From an uncultured virus (IMG/VR IMGVR_UViG_3300009167_000001) (taxonomy: Duplodnaviria > Heunggongvirae > Uroviricota > Caudoviricetes): a stretch of 55,143 bases of DNA. How positions within the stretch are numbered: position 1 is the first letter of the stretch; every line of letters begins with the position of its first letter. The position numbers and the translations under genes are program-made. Below the pieces are notes generated by a model, which had not been told where the DNA came from, made no database searches, and saw only the letters and a list, made by a program, of their open reading frames with translations. Location: IMG/VR virus record IMGVR_UViG_3300009167_000001. One strand, given 5' to 3'. Of this stretch, positions 26,150 to 36,247 are shown in pieces.

Positions 26150-28486
26150 ATGCCACATAATCAACCACATATTCAGAAACTATTAGAAGACCGTTATTAT
26201 CTTCGTGATGAAGAAGGTAATCTTCTAGAAGATGACCCAAAGCAGATGTTCTCAAGAGTAGCTATTGAAGTCTCTGAAGCAGAAACAAACTTTGATACTA
26301 AGCTTGAATGGCAAAGAAAATTCTATGACTTAATGGCGGAAAATAAATTTCTTCCTAATACTCCATTACTTATCAATGCTGGTAAACCAAAACCAGGATG
26401 CTTCTCTGCTTGTTTTGTACTGCCAGTAGAAGATTCTATGATAGGAATCTTTGAAGCAGTAAAACAATCTGCTTTGATTATGAAAGCTGGCGGTGGAGTA
26501 GGCTATAACTTTGGTCGCTTGAGAGAAAAAGGTGCGATAGTAAAATCAACTGGTCATAAAGCTAGTGGTCCTGTATCTTTCATGCAAGCATTTGATTCTA
26601 TGATTGATACTGTAGCTCAAGGTGGAACTAGAAGAGGCGCGGCAATAGCTGTTCTTCCAGTATGGCATCCTGATATAGAAGAATTCATTGAAATGAAAGA
26701 TGCCGGTGGGTTCAGCAATTTTAATATCTCTGTTGGTATTACAGATGACTTTATGGAAAATGTAGAAGAGGATGATGACTGGTACTTAATACCTCCAGCC
26801 TATATTTCCTTGTCAAAAATTCCCACTATGTATTTAAAAACAGTTAAAGCTAGAGAGTTATGGAATAAGATAGTAGAACATGCATGGAAAACTGGCGACC
26901 CTGGATTAGTATTTCTTGATACTATTAATAGAGCGCATCCATTAGAGGAAGAGATAGAAGCTACAAATCCTTGTGGAGAGATTCCTCTCAGACCATACGA
27001 GAGTTGTAATCTTGGTAGTATTAATCTTATGGCCTATATAACTGACAAAGGATTACAGACTCAGGGAATGGGTATGCCTAAAGCATACTACTTTGATTGG
27101 GATGCCTTAGCAAAAGATATTCCTACTATGGTTCGTTTTCTTGATGATGTTATTGATGTTAATCCTTTCCCTCTTCCCGAAATTGATAAAGCTAGTAAGG
27201 AAAGTCGTAAGATTGGTCTTGGTATTATGGGATGGGCAGATTGTCTTATCCAGATGAAAATTCCTTATGGTAGTCAAGAAGCTCTTGATTTAGCTGAACA
27301 ATTAATGCTCTTTATTAAATCCGAAGCGATTAAAGCATCATCTGAGTTAGGAAAAGAAAAAGGCTTGTATCCTCTATGTACTCATGAAGGAGAAGGTTTC
27401 GGCAGAGATAGAAGAAATGCTACTCTTCTTTGTGTCGCTCCTACTGGAACTATTAGTAGAATGGCTGGAGTTAGCTCAGGAATAGAACCTATCTTTGCTT
27501 GGGAAACTCACCATAAACTAGTAGACCTAGAGTATGACGAAACTCATTGGGCAATTCCTGAATGGCATAAACATTGTACTGATTTAGACTGGGCAGAACC
27601 AGAAGGTGGTACAGGTAAAAAACCTAGCTGGATGAAAACAGCTAATGAGATTCCTTGGGGATGGCATCTTAAAATGCAAGCTACCTTTCAAAAGTATGTG
27701 GATAATAGTATAAGTAAAACTATTAATCTACCAAATGAAACTGCTAAAGAATGTATAGATTTAGTTTATACAGAAGCATGGAAATTAGGATTAAAAGGAA
27801 TAACTATTTATAGAGATAAGTGTAAAGAGAATCAACCCTTAAATAAGATTGTTAGTCTTCCTGACTATCATATTAATGATTCTGAGCCGCTTGAACAAGC
27901 TATAGCTAAACTACAACCTATTTATAGAAAACGTGGTCCTGTAGCACCAGGAGTAACTCATAAAGTAGATACCGGCAAGGGAAAAATCTATATCACTATT
28001 AACTATAGTGAGTATCATTCTGAGCCAGTAGAAGTATTTATCAGATTAGGGCATCTTTCTACTTCAACTGAAGCTGCCTTAGCAGAGTACACAGGAAGAC
28101 TCATTAGTTTGCTCTTGAAGCATAATATTTCTATTGATAATATTGTTCGCCAAGGAAATAAGGTATACGGAGACAATGTTTTCTGGTATAATCAAGAGTC
28201 GTTCTGTAGCTTTCCCAAGCTGATTTCTCACCTTCTCAGTTTTACTTTTGATGAAGCTATGGATATGGCTGGAATGGATTTTGATTCTATGATGGAGAAT
28301 GGTCACGATGAAGAGGAAGAAGACACTCCTTATGAACCAATTCCCCATGATAAAGATTCCTTTAATGAACTTTTACACAGTAGAGTTACTGGTGGAGAGT
28401 ATTGCTATGAGTGCGGTAACTATGCTATAATCGGTGAAGGTGGTTGCAAAGTATGTCAGAATTGTGGATTTGAAGAGTGCGGATAA
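26150..28486 (+). CDS. nrdJ: adenosylcobalamin-dependent (class II) ribonucleotide reductase with C-terminal TSCPD/Zn-ribbon
   Basis: FLPNTP.L.NAG, SACFV, GGGVG, RRGA, TNPCGE, CNLGSINL, R.IGLG, APTGTIS, ISKTIN, KGITIYRD; no nrdB adjacent. Confidence 0.9.
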   Translation: MPHNQPHIQKLLEDRYYLRDEEGNLLEDDPKQMFSRVAIEVSEAETNFDTKLEWQRKFYDLMAENKFLPNTPLLINAGKPKPGCFSACFVLPVEDSMIGIFEAVKQSALIMKAGGGVGYNFGRLREKGAIVKSTGHKASGPVSFMQAFDSMIDTVAQGGTRRGAAIAVLPVWHPDIEEFIEMKDAGGFSNFNISVGITDDFMENVEEDDDWYLIPPAYISLSKIPTMYLKTVKARELWNKIVEHAWKTGDPGLVFLDTINRAHPLEEEIEATNPCGEIPLRPYESCNLGSINLMAYITDKGLQTQGMGMPKAYYFDWDALAKDIPTMVRFLDDVIDVNPFPLPEIDKASKESRKIGLGIMGWADCLIQMKIPYGSQEALDLAEQLMLFIKSEAIKASSELGKEKGLYPLCTHEGEGFGRDRRNATLLCVAPTGTISRMAGVSSGIEPIFAWETHHKLVDLEYDETHWAIPEWHKHCTDLDWAEPEGGTGKKPSWMKTANEIPWGWHLKMQATFQKYVDNSISKTINLPNETAKECIDLVYTEAWKLGLKGITIYRDKCKENQPLNKIVSLPDYHINDSEPLEQAIAKLQPIYRKRGPVAPGVTHKVDTGKGKIYITINYSEYHSEPVEVFIRLGHLSTSTEAALAEYTGRLISLLLKHNISIDNIVRQGNKVYGDNVFWYNQESFCSFPKLISHLLSFTFDEAMDMAGMDFDSMMENGHDEEEEDTPYEPIPHDKDSFNELLHSRVTGGEYCYECGNYAIIGEGGCKVCQNCGFEECG

Positions 28487-29301
28487 AGGAGATAACATGA
28501 TTATTGTGACTGTCGATGATTATTCTGGTAAGGAAGAGAAGTTTGAAAAAGGGCATTATTGGGAGGTTCGTAGTGGATTTCTCATGATATTTTCTGCTAC
28601 TTGTGAACTTCTTGCTACGTTTGATTCCTGGAAATATGTAAGAAAGGTATAATTATGAAGTGTCCAAATTGTGGTGAGACAAGAGTATCATGGAAGAAAG
28701 AGTTATGGGGTGCTGGTGCGCCTCAATTCTGGTCTGCTAAAAAAGAAATAAAGTTTCTTTGTGGTGGAAGCTATGTTTATGATGAAGTAGAAAATACTTA
28801 TGAAGAGACATATCCATGTGGGAGAAAAAATGACAACAAGAAATAAAACTTTTTATGATGGAGAACTAGCTAAAATTAAGGTTGCTCTAGAAAATCCTAA
28901 GCTATATAAAAGTAAGCAAACAGATGAAATGCGTGGTATAAATGATTATCACGTTAGAGCTATAATGAAAGCCATTACTCCTATTCTCATTGAGAGTTTT
29001 GATTCTATATATGAAGAGGGTTTTCAGGATGGTGGATTATGAGAAAACCAAATGTAATTTGCCCAGCATGTAAAGAACTTCATCTAAAAGTTGGAAGCGA
29101 TAATTATGTTGTAATATGTGGAATCATATATGAGCAATATGAAATAGGTATGAGTAATTTTCCTAACTATACTATAGAGCCTATTCATTGTGAAGGCGAT
29201 AAGTATTCAAGATGCCAAGTATGGCGTGGAGCTAAGGAAGCTGATTGGGCTAGAAAAGCAGGAAGATATTCTTCCTTAGAACAGGCAGAACAAATAAGAC
29301 T

Positions 29302-29715
29302 ATGACAAAAGAATACCCTTGTATTGCAATAATTCAGAGTACTGCTTACTTCAATGGGGAGCCTTATCATGATTATGAATGTACATGGGTTGGTTCTAAA
29401 TATGCTGTCGTTTACGTTAGCAAATACTTGTATGATATGGTTGGATTATCTGTCTATCCGTGGCCTTTAAAAATTCTAGAGGACGATATAGATTTTGGAA
29501 GAAGTATGGCAGTAGTCAGAAAAGATGTTGGTTGGCATTTTTGGTGGATGCTAGTTTCAATGTGGTATAAGCTATTTAGAAGTCGTGGTTATCGTCACTT
29601 TAAATGGAGAGTAGTAAAGACATTTGAAATATGGGGGTTGGCTTATCAACCTGAAGCTGAGATAACAAGTTGGAAAAATATAGGGAGAAAACGTGACAAA
29701 AGAAAAATGGGTTGA
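29302..29715 (+). CDS. hypothetical protein
   Basis: 137-aa ORF, ATGA coupling. Confidence 0.5.
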   Translation: MTKEYPCIAIIQSTAYFNGEPYHDYECTWVGSKYAVVYVSKYLYDMVGLSVYPWPLKILEDDIDFGRSMAVVRKDVGWHFWWMLVSMWYKLFRSRGYRHFKWRVVKTFEIWGLAYQPEAEITSWKNIGRKRDKRKMG

Positions 29716-30076
29716 TTTAATTTATGTAGCTGGTCCATATCGTGCTGAAACACATTGGTTAGTTAAACAAAACATAAGACTAGCAGAAGACGTTGGAACA
29801 TTACTATGGTCTTGGGGATGGGTGCCAATAGTACCTCATTTAAACACCGAGTTTATGAACGGTGCCTATGGTCTTCCTGATTGGGTATGGCTTAAAGGCG
29901 ATTTGGCTATAGTAAAAGTTTGTAAGTTTGTTGTGGTTGTTGGTTTATGGAGATATAGTCCTGGTACTATCGGAGAAATTAAATGTGCCGAAGAACATAA
30001 TATACCTGTCTTATATTGGTCAGAAGATAAGGACAGATATTTCTTAAAAAATTACTTTGAAGATTGGAGAGATTGA
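29693..30076 (+). CDS. nucleoside 2-deoxyribosyltransferase-like / DUF4406-type protein
   Basis: IYVAGPY...PIVPHLN...W..S.G...E...A....IPV. Confidence 0.65.
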   Translation: MTKEKWVDLIYVAGPYRAETHWLVKQNIRLAEDVGTLLWSWGWVPIVPHLNTEFMNGAYGLPDWVWLKGDLAIVKVCKFVVVVGLWRYSPGTIGEIKCAEEHNIPVLYWSEDKDRYFLKNYFEDWRD

Positions 30077-30214
30077 ATGGCTAAGAAAGAACCAGAAGAT
30101 AAATGTCCTAAGTGTGGCTGTGAAAATTGGCTAGGTACTAGCCAAGGCGCTTTGTGTAAAAACTGCGGCTACATTAAAGGACAAGCACCAGTACAACCAG
30201 AGGAAACTGAATAA

Positions 30215-31243
30215 TTGAATATAAAGATTACAGGGTGTGGAGACGCTAGAGACGGCTATGGTGAGATAACTCAGAACCTAGTTTTAGCTCTGGACAAATT
30301 AGGACATAAAGTGTGGTTGAACCCTGTAAAAATCTGGTATAGAAAAGAAACTTTAAAAGAACGGACAATTGAATTACTTGAACCAGTTAAACCAGATTTT
30401 GAACTTATAATTATGTACCCTGTTTATGATTTTGGAATGATTCATAAAAAGGCTGCAATAATGACTATGTATGAAGCTCATAAATGTCCTGATGCTTGGG
30501 TTAAAAAACTTAATCAACTTCGTCTACCTATTATAGCTCCTAGTCAGTTTGTTGCTGATATGTTTAAAACAAGTGGAGTTAATGTAGGTATATCTGTGTT
30601 AAATCTTGGAGTAGATACAGAGTTTTATTCTCCCAAGCTACGAGAATTTCCAGAAGGAAGACCTTTTAGATTTCTTACGATGGGCAAACTAGAGCCTAGA
30701 AAGAATGTAGAATCGGCTGTTAGATGCTTTCAAGAGTCTTTTAAAACTGAGAATGTAGAACTTATAATTAAGACAAGAGAAAGATTTTTATCAAGTAGAA
30801 TTAGAAATGCTGCACAACAAGATAAAAGAATTCGCTTAATAGAACAAACTATTTCTGAAGAAGAACTTAGAAAACTTTTTTATTATGCTGATGCCTTTGT
30901 CTATCCTAGTCGTGGAGAAGGCTTTGCTTTTCCTCCACGATTTGCAGTAGCAACTGGTATGCCAACTCTGGTAACTGATTGGAGTGCTTTAGCAGAAATT
31001 CCTGGAGCTATTAAAATTCCCATTGATGGATTAGGACCAATGCCATCTTGTGGGTTTTCCTATGGACAGGAAAAGGAACTCCATATGGCCTATATTAATG
31101 AGCCTAAGTTAATGTATGAAATGTATTGTCTTGCTACAGACAAATCCTTGTATAAAGAAGCTGCTAAGGAAGTTTTTAAAGCTAGACAAGATACTTGGGA
31201 GGACTGTGCAAACAACTTTATTAGTATGGTGGAGGGTAAATGA
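30215..31243 (+). CDS. glycosyltransferase family 4 (GT-B)
   Basis: DGYG, LGVDTEFY, GKLEPRKN, FVYPSRGEGFAFPP. Confidence 0.88.
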   Translation: MNIKITGCGDARDGYGEITQNLVLALDKLGHKVWLNPVKIWYRKETLKERTIELLEPVKPDFELIIMYPVYDFGMIHKKAAIMTMYEAHKCPDAWVKKLNQLRLPIIAPSQFVADMFKTSGVNVGISVLNLGVDTEFYSPKLREFPEGRPFRFLTMGKLEPRKNVESAVRCFQESFKTENVELIIKTRERFLSSRIRNAAQQDKRIRLIEQTISEEELRKLFYYADAFVYPSRGEGFAFPPRFAVATGMPTLVTDWSALAEIPGAIKIPIDGLGPMPSCGFSYGQEKELHMAYINEPKLMYEMYCLATDKSLYKEAAKEVFKARQDTWEDCANNFISMVEGK

Positions 31244-32688
31244 CTATAGCTCTTAATATGATTGTTGGACCTTATGAAGAACCTTTTCTTCATGCAGCTA
31301 TAACCTCTACTCTAGACTTGGTTGATGAACTTGTTTTTGTAGATACAGCACCAGAAAATAATCCTAATCGAGAAGAGTTAGAATCCTTTAGGGAATATAA
31401 TATGAAAATCATTGATATGCCTAGAGGGGAGGATAAAGATTTTAATTTTGCTATGGCAAGAGAATTAGCAAGAACATATACAACTATGGATTGGGTTCTT
31501 CGTCTTGATGCCGATGAAGTATTGCATGAAAAAGATATTGAAAATCTTAAACGATTTACTAATGATGATAGATTTAATACTATAGAAATTTCTTTCTACC
31601 ATTTTATGGTTTATCCTTGGCTTTATCAATATATAGAACCAAAAGGAATTCTCATGAGAACTGGCAGTTTTTCCTGGATTAAGGACGTTCATGAAGTACC
31701 AAGAACTACGGGAAGAATTCGTAAAGAACATGAGATTAAATATTTTCATTATGGATATTGCCGTGGTCAAGAGGAAGTTTTTAAACGCTGGCAACTCTAT
31801 GTTGAAATTGATGGAAGACCAACATGGTATCAAGGAGTTAATCCTGCTACGATATTAGACGATAGAATATCTGTGTGTCAAAATTTCAAGGGGGAGCATC
31901 CTATAGTAGTACAGGATACGCTGGCAAAGTTATTCCATGATGTAACCCCTTTTCAAGTGAAAGAGATTCCGAGGTATAGAGTGAGTGATAAATTTGTAGG
32001 TTTACTTCTTATAACATATAATGATAAGGAAAATCTTGAGAGAATGCTTCTTAGTTTAGAGGCAACTATAGATTATCCAACTGTACTATACATAGCAGAT
32101 ATGGGTTCAACCGATGGAACCTATGATTTACTTATTGATTGGCAACAAAAAATGTTTGCAATCAATCCTTATTTCAAAGATATTATTATACAAGCTTGGC
32201 CTAATCTTGAATCCTTAACAAAAACAATGAATGTTGGTTTTAAGTCATTAATGTCTCGTCAAGAATGTGACTTTATTGGTTGGATTCATCCTGATATGCT
32301 ATTTGAATCTTGCTGGTTAAGTGAGTTAGTAGCAACGTTAGACTATCATCCTGAAATTGGTAAAGCTTGCTCTTTTAATACCAGAGATGGATGGCCTGTC
32401 AGTGAAGAAATTAAAGAAGGGCAAGAACAAGCCTATTTAATTAGAAGAGGTATTCTATTTAGAATTGGCTTGTTTGATGAAAAGTTTATTGGTATTGGTG
32501 GATATGAAGATTGGGATATGAACAATCGTATACGTCAAGAAGGTTTAAAAGTAGTCATTGTTCCGCGCTCTAAGGTATGGCATAAAGGAATGCAAACCCG
32601 TTCTAGAAGAGATACTTCAGCAGAGCAGATATATAATGCTGGAGTATATCAAACTAAATGGAAGTCTCATAAAGAAAGCATTGAATGA
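31240..32688 (+). CDS. two-domain glycosyltransferase family 2
   Basis: Domain 1: VFVDT, NFAMARE, WVLRLDADE, VHE, HYGY; domain 2: ITYN, DMGSTDGT, FDEKF..GGYEDWD, VWHKG. Confidence 0.88.
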   Translation: MTIALNMIVGPYEEPFLHAAITSTLDLVDELVFVDTAPENNPNREELESFREYNMKIIDMPRGEDKDFNFAMARELARTYTTMDWVLRLDADEVLHEKDIENLKRFTNDDRFNTIEISFYHFMVYPWLYQYIEPKGILMRTGSFSWIKDVHEVPRTTGRIRKEHEIKYFHYGYCRGQEEVFKRWQLYVEIDGRPTWYQGVNPATILDDRISVCQNFKGEHPIVVQDTLAKLFHDVTPFQVKEIPRYRVSDKFVGLLLITYNDKENLERMLLSLEATIDYPTVLYIADMGSTDGTYDLLIDWQQKMFAINPYFKDIIIQAWPNLESLTKTMNVGFKSLMSRQECDFIGWIHPDMLFESCWLSELVATLDYHPEIGKACSFNTRDGWPVSEEIKEGQEQAYLIRRGILFRIGLFDEKFIGIGGYEDWDMNNRIRQEGLKVVIVPRSKVWHKGMQTRSRRDTSAEQIYNAGVYQTKWKSHKESIE

Positions 32689-33275
32689 TTCATATAATTG
32701 GAGATAGTCATTCTAGATGCTTTGAGCAAGATGGTGATAAAACTATTATAGCTCATTGGCTAGGAGCGGCTACCGCTCTTAATTTATGGAAGAAGAATAA
32801 AATAATAGAAGAAATAATCCTTACTAATGGAAGAGAAAATAAATATTGGTTTTGCTTTGGAGAAATAGATTGTAGAATTCATATCTATAATAAACATATG
32901 GAAACAGATGTTCCAGAGTATGTACTAATAACAAATACTGTTAATTCTTATGTTGTATATCTTGCCTCTTTAAAATGCAAATATGATATTAGTATTCTTC
33001 CTGCACCACCACAAGGTACTCAAGAGAATTATTTTGAATATCCTCATTATGGTACTAGAGAACATAGGCAAGAAATCACCGATTATTTCAATATGTGGCT
33101 AGAAGAAATGTGCATAAGAGAGAAAGTACCATTCAAAGATATATGGTATAATAAACCAGATTATAGCAGACCATTATGGGATACTAAAGATTTTAAAGAA
33201 GATAAATGCCATATAAAAAACAGTGTTGCTCGTAAGCATCTGTTTAAATATTTGGAGGAACATGAAAATAGGTGA
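32685..33275 (+). CDS. SGNH/GDSL-like hydrolase or acyltransferase
   Basis: IIGDSHS, FGEIDCR, DKCH. Confidence 0.7.
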   Translation: MIHIIGDSHSRCFEQDGDKTIIAHWLGAATALNLWKKNKIIEEIILTNGRENKYWFCFGEIDCRIHIYNKHMETDVPEYVLITNTVNSYVVYLASLKCKYDISILPAPPQGTQENYFEYPHYGTREHRQEITDYFNMWLEEMCIREKVPFKDIWYNKPDYSRPLWDTKDFKEDKCHIKNSVARKHLFKYLEEHENR

Positions 33276-33897
33276 GGTAGAATATAAGGGCTTGAAATTT
33301 AAGTATCGCCATGATACGACTGATTGGGGAATTATTAAAGAGGCGTGTGGTGGTCTTAATACTAGATTCTTTGATGTTAAACCTGGAGAATATTGGTTTG
33401 ATATTGGCGCTCATATAGGAGCGTTCACTTGCTATGCCTTATCCAAGGGAGCAATAGTAGAGGCATTTGAGCCTGTTCCAGATAATTTTTGTTTATTAAA
33501 ACAAAATGTTGCTATTAACGGTTTTGTAGCTCCACAAGTTGAGCTTTGGAATAGTGCCATTACTAAAAATGGTGGCTTTATAAAACTTTTTATAGATACA
33601 AATAACTATGGTAATTGTAGTATTTATGAACGTGGAACTTCACAAACGATAATAGTAGATAGTTTTCCAACATCAGATTTTGACAAGGATAATCCATATT
33701 GTTTAAAAGTAGATACTGAGGGTTGTGAATACGAAATTCTATCAGGATTAGATTTAACAAACTGTCAAAAACTAATATTAGAAAATCATTATTGGTTACA
33801 GCCCAAAGAAAATACTATAGGTATCATTAAGTTAATGAACGATTATTTTAATCACTATGAAGAATATGGAGGATATATGTGCTATGCTTGGAAATGA
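33262..33897 (+). CDS. FkbM-family SAM methyltransferase
   Basis: FDIGAHIGAF, AFEPVP.N, LKVDTEGCEYEI, ILENH. Confidence 0.88.
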   Translation: MKIGEVEYKGLKFKYRHDTTDWGIIKEACGGLNTRFFDVKPGEYWFDIGAHIGAFTCYALSKGAIVEAFEPVPDNFCLLKQNVAINGFVAPQVELWNSAITKNGGFIKLFIDTNNYGNCSIYERGTSQTIIVDSFPTSDFDKDNPYCLKVDTEGCEYEILSGLDLTNCQKLILENHYWLQPKENTIGIIKLMNDYFNHYEEYGGYMCYAWK

Positions 33898-34546
33898 TAA
33901 TTTAGATTTAGAAACTATCTCTGGAGTTTCTTATTATTCTAGAAAAGATACACTAGAAAAATATATTGTACAGCAAAACTTAGCCGGTCCTTATGAGCTA
34001 TTCTTTTCCATAGAATATGGGGAAAAATGGTATGATATTGGGGCTAACATAGGTGGCTTCTGTCTTAGAGCTTGTATGCAAGGAGTACAAGAGATTATTG
34101 CTTTTGAACCTATGCCAGTTAGTTTTGAAATACTTGAGAAAAATCTAGAGATTAATAATTTTAAACAGTTCGTTACAACATATAACTATGCTCTAGTTGG
34201 TTCTGATATAGAAAATGTTACTATCTATGAAAAGACCAATAATACTGGTGGTTGTAGTATGTATGACAAGGAGAATTTTGGTCCTATAATTACTGTTCCA
34301 GCTATTAACGTGAATAAATTTAATTTTGATGGCTGGTGTATAAAGATGGATTGTGAAGGTGCAGAAGAACAGTTGATACCTAATATTGATTTTAGGAACG
34401 TACCAAAGTTTGCTTGTGAATATCATGCTGGATTTGTAGGCATGGATAAATATGAGTGGGATAAAAAATTCATTGAAGAAACCTTTCCTAATACATACTT
34501 TCAAGAGCTACCTTTTGATACTGTTATGATATCGGCTTGGAGATAA
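33884..34546 (+). CDS. FkbM-family SAM methyltransferase
   Basis: YDIGANIGGF, AFEPMP, IKMDCEGAE, CEYH. Confidence 0.88.
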   Translation: MLGNDNLDLETISGVSYYSRKDTLEKYIVQQNLAGPYELFFSIEYGEKWYDIGANIGGFCLRACMQGVQEIIAFEPMPVSFEILEKNLEINNFKQFVTTYNYALVGSDIENVTIYEKTNNTGGCSMYDKENFGPIITVPAINVNKFNFDGWCIKMDCEGAEEQLIPNIDFRNVPKFACEYHAGFVGMDKYEWDKKFIEETFPNTYFQELPFDTVMISAWR

Positions 34547-35013
34547 TGACAAGAAAATTAGACATAGGAACAGGAAAAAAAAGACCTGATGGTTGGGAAA
34601 CTTGTGACATAAGACCAGGATGCGATTATGTTTGTAATGCTTTGCATGTTTCGTCACTAGGAAAGTTTGACCAACTATATTGCTGTATGGTGCTGGAACA
34701 TTTAAATGGCTGGGAAGTTCCTCTTGCTCTAGCTGATTGGTATGAAGCATTAAACTTTGGTGGAACTTTAGAAATCATAGTTCCTGATTTAGAACATATT
34801 ATGAAATTACTTCCAAGTGAAGAAGCCTTGCATAGACTCTTTGGTGGTGATAGAATACAAGATGGACCAGATGATTGTGTAGAACAATATCATAGATATG
34901 CCTTTACTAAGGATACGTTAGAGAAATTTGTTAAAGAGGCTGGCTTTTCTAAAATAGAAACTATAGTAAGCCCAGGTAAAATTTATTTAAAGGCGCGGAA
35001 AGGAGAAGCATGA
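34546..35013 (+). CDS. class I SAM-dependent methyltransferase
   Basis: LDIGTG, MVLEHL, L..GG.L.I.VPD, H..AFT...L......GF. Confidence 0.8.
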   Translation: MTRKLDIGTGKKRPDGWETCDIRPGCDYVCNALHVSSLGKFDQLYCCMVLEHLNGWEVPLALADWYEALNFGGTLEIIVPDLEHIMKLLPSEEALHRLFGGDRIQDGPDDCVEQYHRYAFTKDTLEKFVKEAGFSKIETIVSPGKIYLKARKGEA

Positions 35014-35804
35014 TAAGAGCAAAATTAGCAGGAGATAGAGAGATGCTGGTTATTAATGGAGATGAAGGTATCTCTGAAGAGCTTCTTCTTAAAGGATATC
35101 ATGAGCCTACTTGTACTGCTATGATGAAAAAAATAGTTTTCTATGGTAGTAATGTTCTTGAGATTGGCGCTAATATAGGTTACTATGCTTTAATAGAGGC
35201 AGAATTAGTTGGGAAAGAAGGCCATGTTTATGCTGTAGAGCCTGTTCCAAGAAATATTGAGTGCTTACAAGCTAATATTAAAGAATACAACATTACTAAC
35301 ATGACTACCTATCAATTAGCAATAGGCTTTGAAAACACTTTGACAAAAATGAAACTAGCTAAGTTTTCAAACTCTGGAACTCTCATGGCAGATGATGAAG
35401 ATGTTTCTCAAGGATATAAAGATTGGTTTTATGGTTGGTTTACAGAAGAAATTGTTGTTGAACAAATGACACTTGATGATTTTAGAGAGCTTTATGGTGT
35501 TCCTATTCCAGATTTAATTAGAATGGACGTAGAGGGTTATGAGCTTGATGTTATTTCTGGAGCGCAAGCAACTTTAACACAGATGCCAAAAGAAAGCAAT
35601 TTATTTATAGAGCTTCATCCTGTAGTTTTTGAGAATAAGTTAGATGCTATGTATACTATTTTAGAAAATCTTTATTCTCATGGGTTTAGACCAAGATGGT
35701 GTGAAGGAGAAGAAAACTTTCCTGTGCAACTTAAAACCTTTACCAAATATGTCTGTAGAGAAGGCGCACATTGTCCTCATGTTTTCTTTGAAAAGAGACA
35801 ATAA
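35010..35804 (+). CDS. FkbM-family SAM methyltransferase
   Basis: LEIGANIGYYAL, AVEPVPRN, TLDD, IRMDVEGYE, IELHP. Confidence 0.9.
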   Translation: MIRAKLAGDREMLVINGDEGISEELLLKGYHEPTCTAMMKKIVFYGSNVLEIGANIGYYALIEAELVGKEGHVYAVEPVPRNIECLQANIKEYNITNMTTYQLAIGFENTLTKMKLAKFSNSGTLMADDEDVSQGYKDWFYGWFTEEIVVEQMTLDDFRELYGVPIPDLIRMDVEGYELDVISGAQATLTQMPKESNLFIELHPVVFENKLDAMYTILENLYSHGFRPRWCEGEENFPVQLKTFTKYVCREGAHCPHVFFEKRQ

Positions 35805-36247
35805 TGGATGCAATTGTTTGTATTTCAGGAGGATTTGACCCTGTTCATGTAGGTCATGTTAGAATGATTAAAGAAGCTACAAAGTATGGTAAACTTTTAG
35901 TTATCCTTAATAACGATAATTGGCTTAGACGGAAAAAAGGTTTCTTCTTTATGGGCCAAGAGGAACGTGCAGAAATTTTAGAGGCAATAGATGGAGTAGA
36001 ATCAGTTTTCATTTCCTTGCATGAACCAGAATGTGAAGATATGTCAGTCTGTAGAGAGCTTAATCTAATAAGACCTGATGCTTTTTGTAATGGTGGAGAT
36101 AGATGTGCAGGTAATATTCCTGAGTATGAATTATGTGAAAAGTTAGGAATTGAATTGATTTTTAATGTTGGTGGAGAAAAAATACAGTCCTCTAGTGAGC
36201 TTGTAGAAAAGGCTAAAGGAAGAGCTAGAACTTATTTGGAGATATAA
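35804..36247 (+). CDS. cytidylyltransferase (HxGH family, TagD/RfaE-II-like)
   Basis: SGGFDPVHVGH, RKKG, ERAEI, NGGDR, QSSS. Confidence 0.88.
   Translation: MDAIVCISGGFDPVHVGHVRMIKEATKYGKLLVILNNDNWLRRKKGFFFMGQEERAEILEAIDGVESVFISLHEPECEDMSVCRELNLIRPDAFCNGGDRCAGNIPEYELCEKLGIELIFNVGGEKIQSSSELVEKAKGRARTYLEI

Noticed and set aside
26150..28486. Intein or intron in the ribonucleotide reductase
   Set aside because: TNPCGE and other motifs are contiguous, with no C...HN-C/S/T insertion
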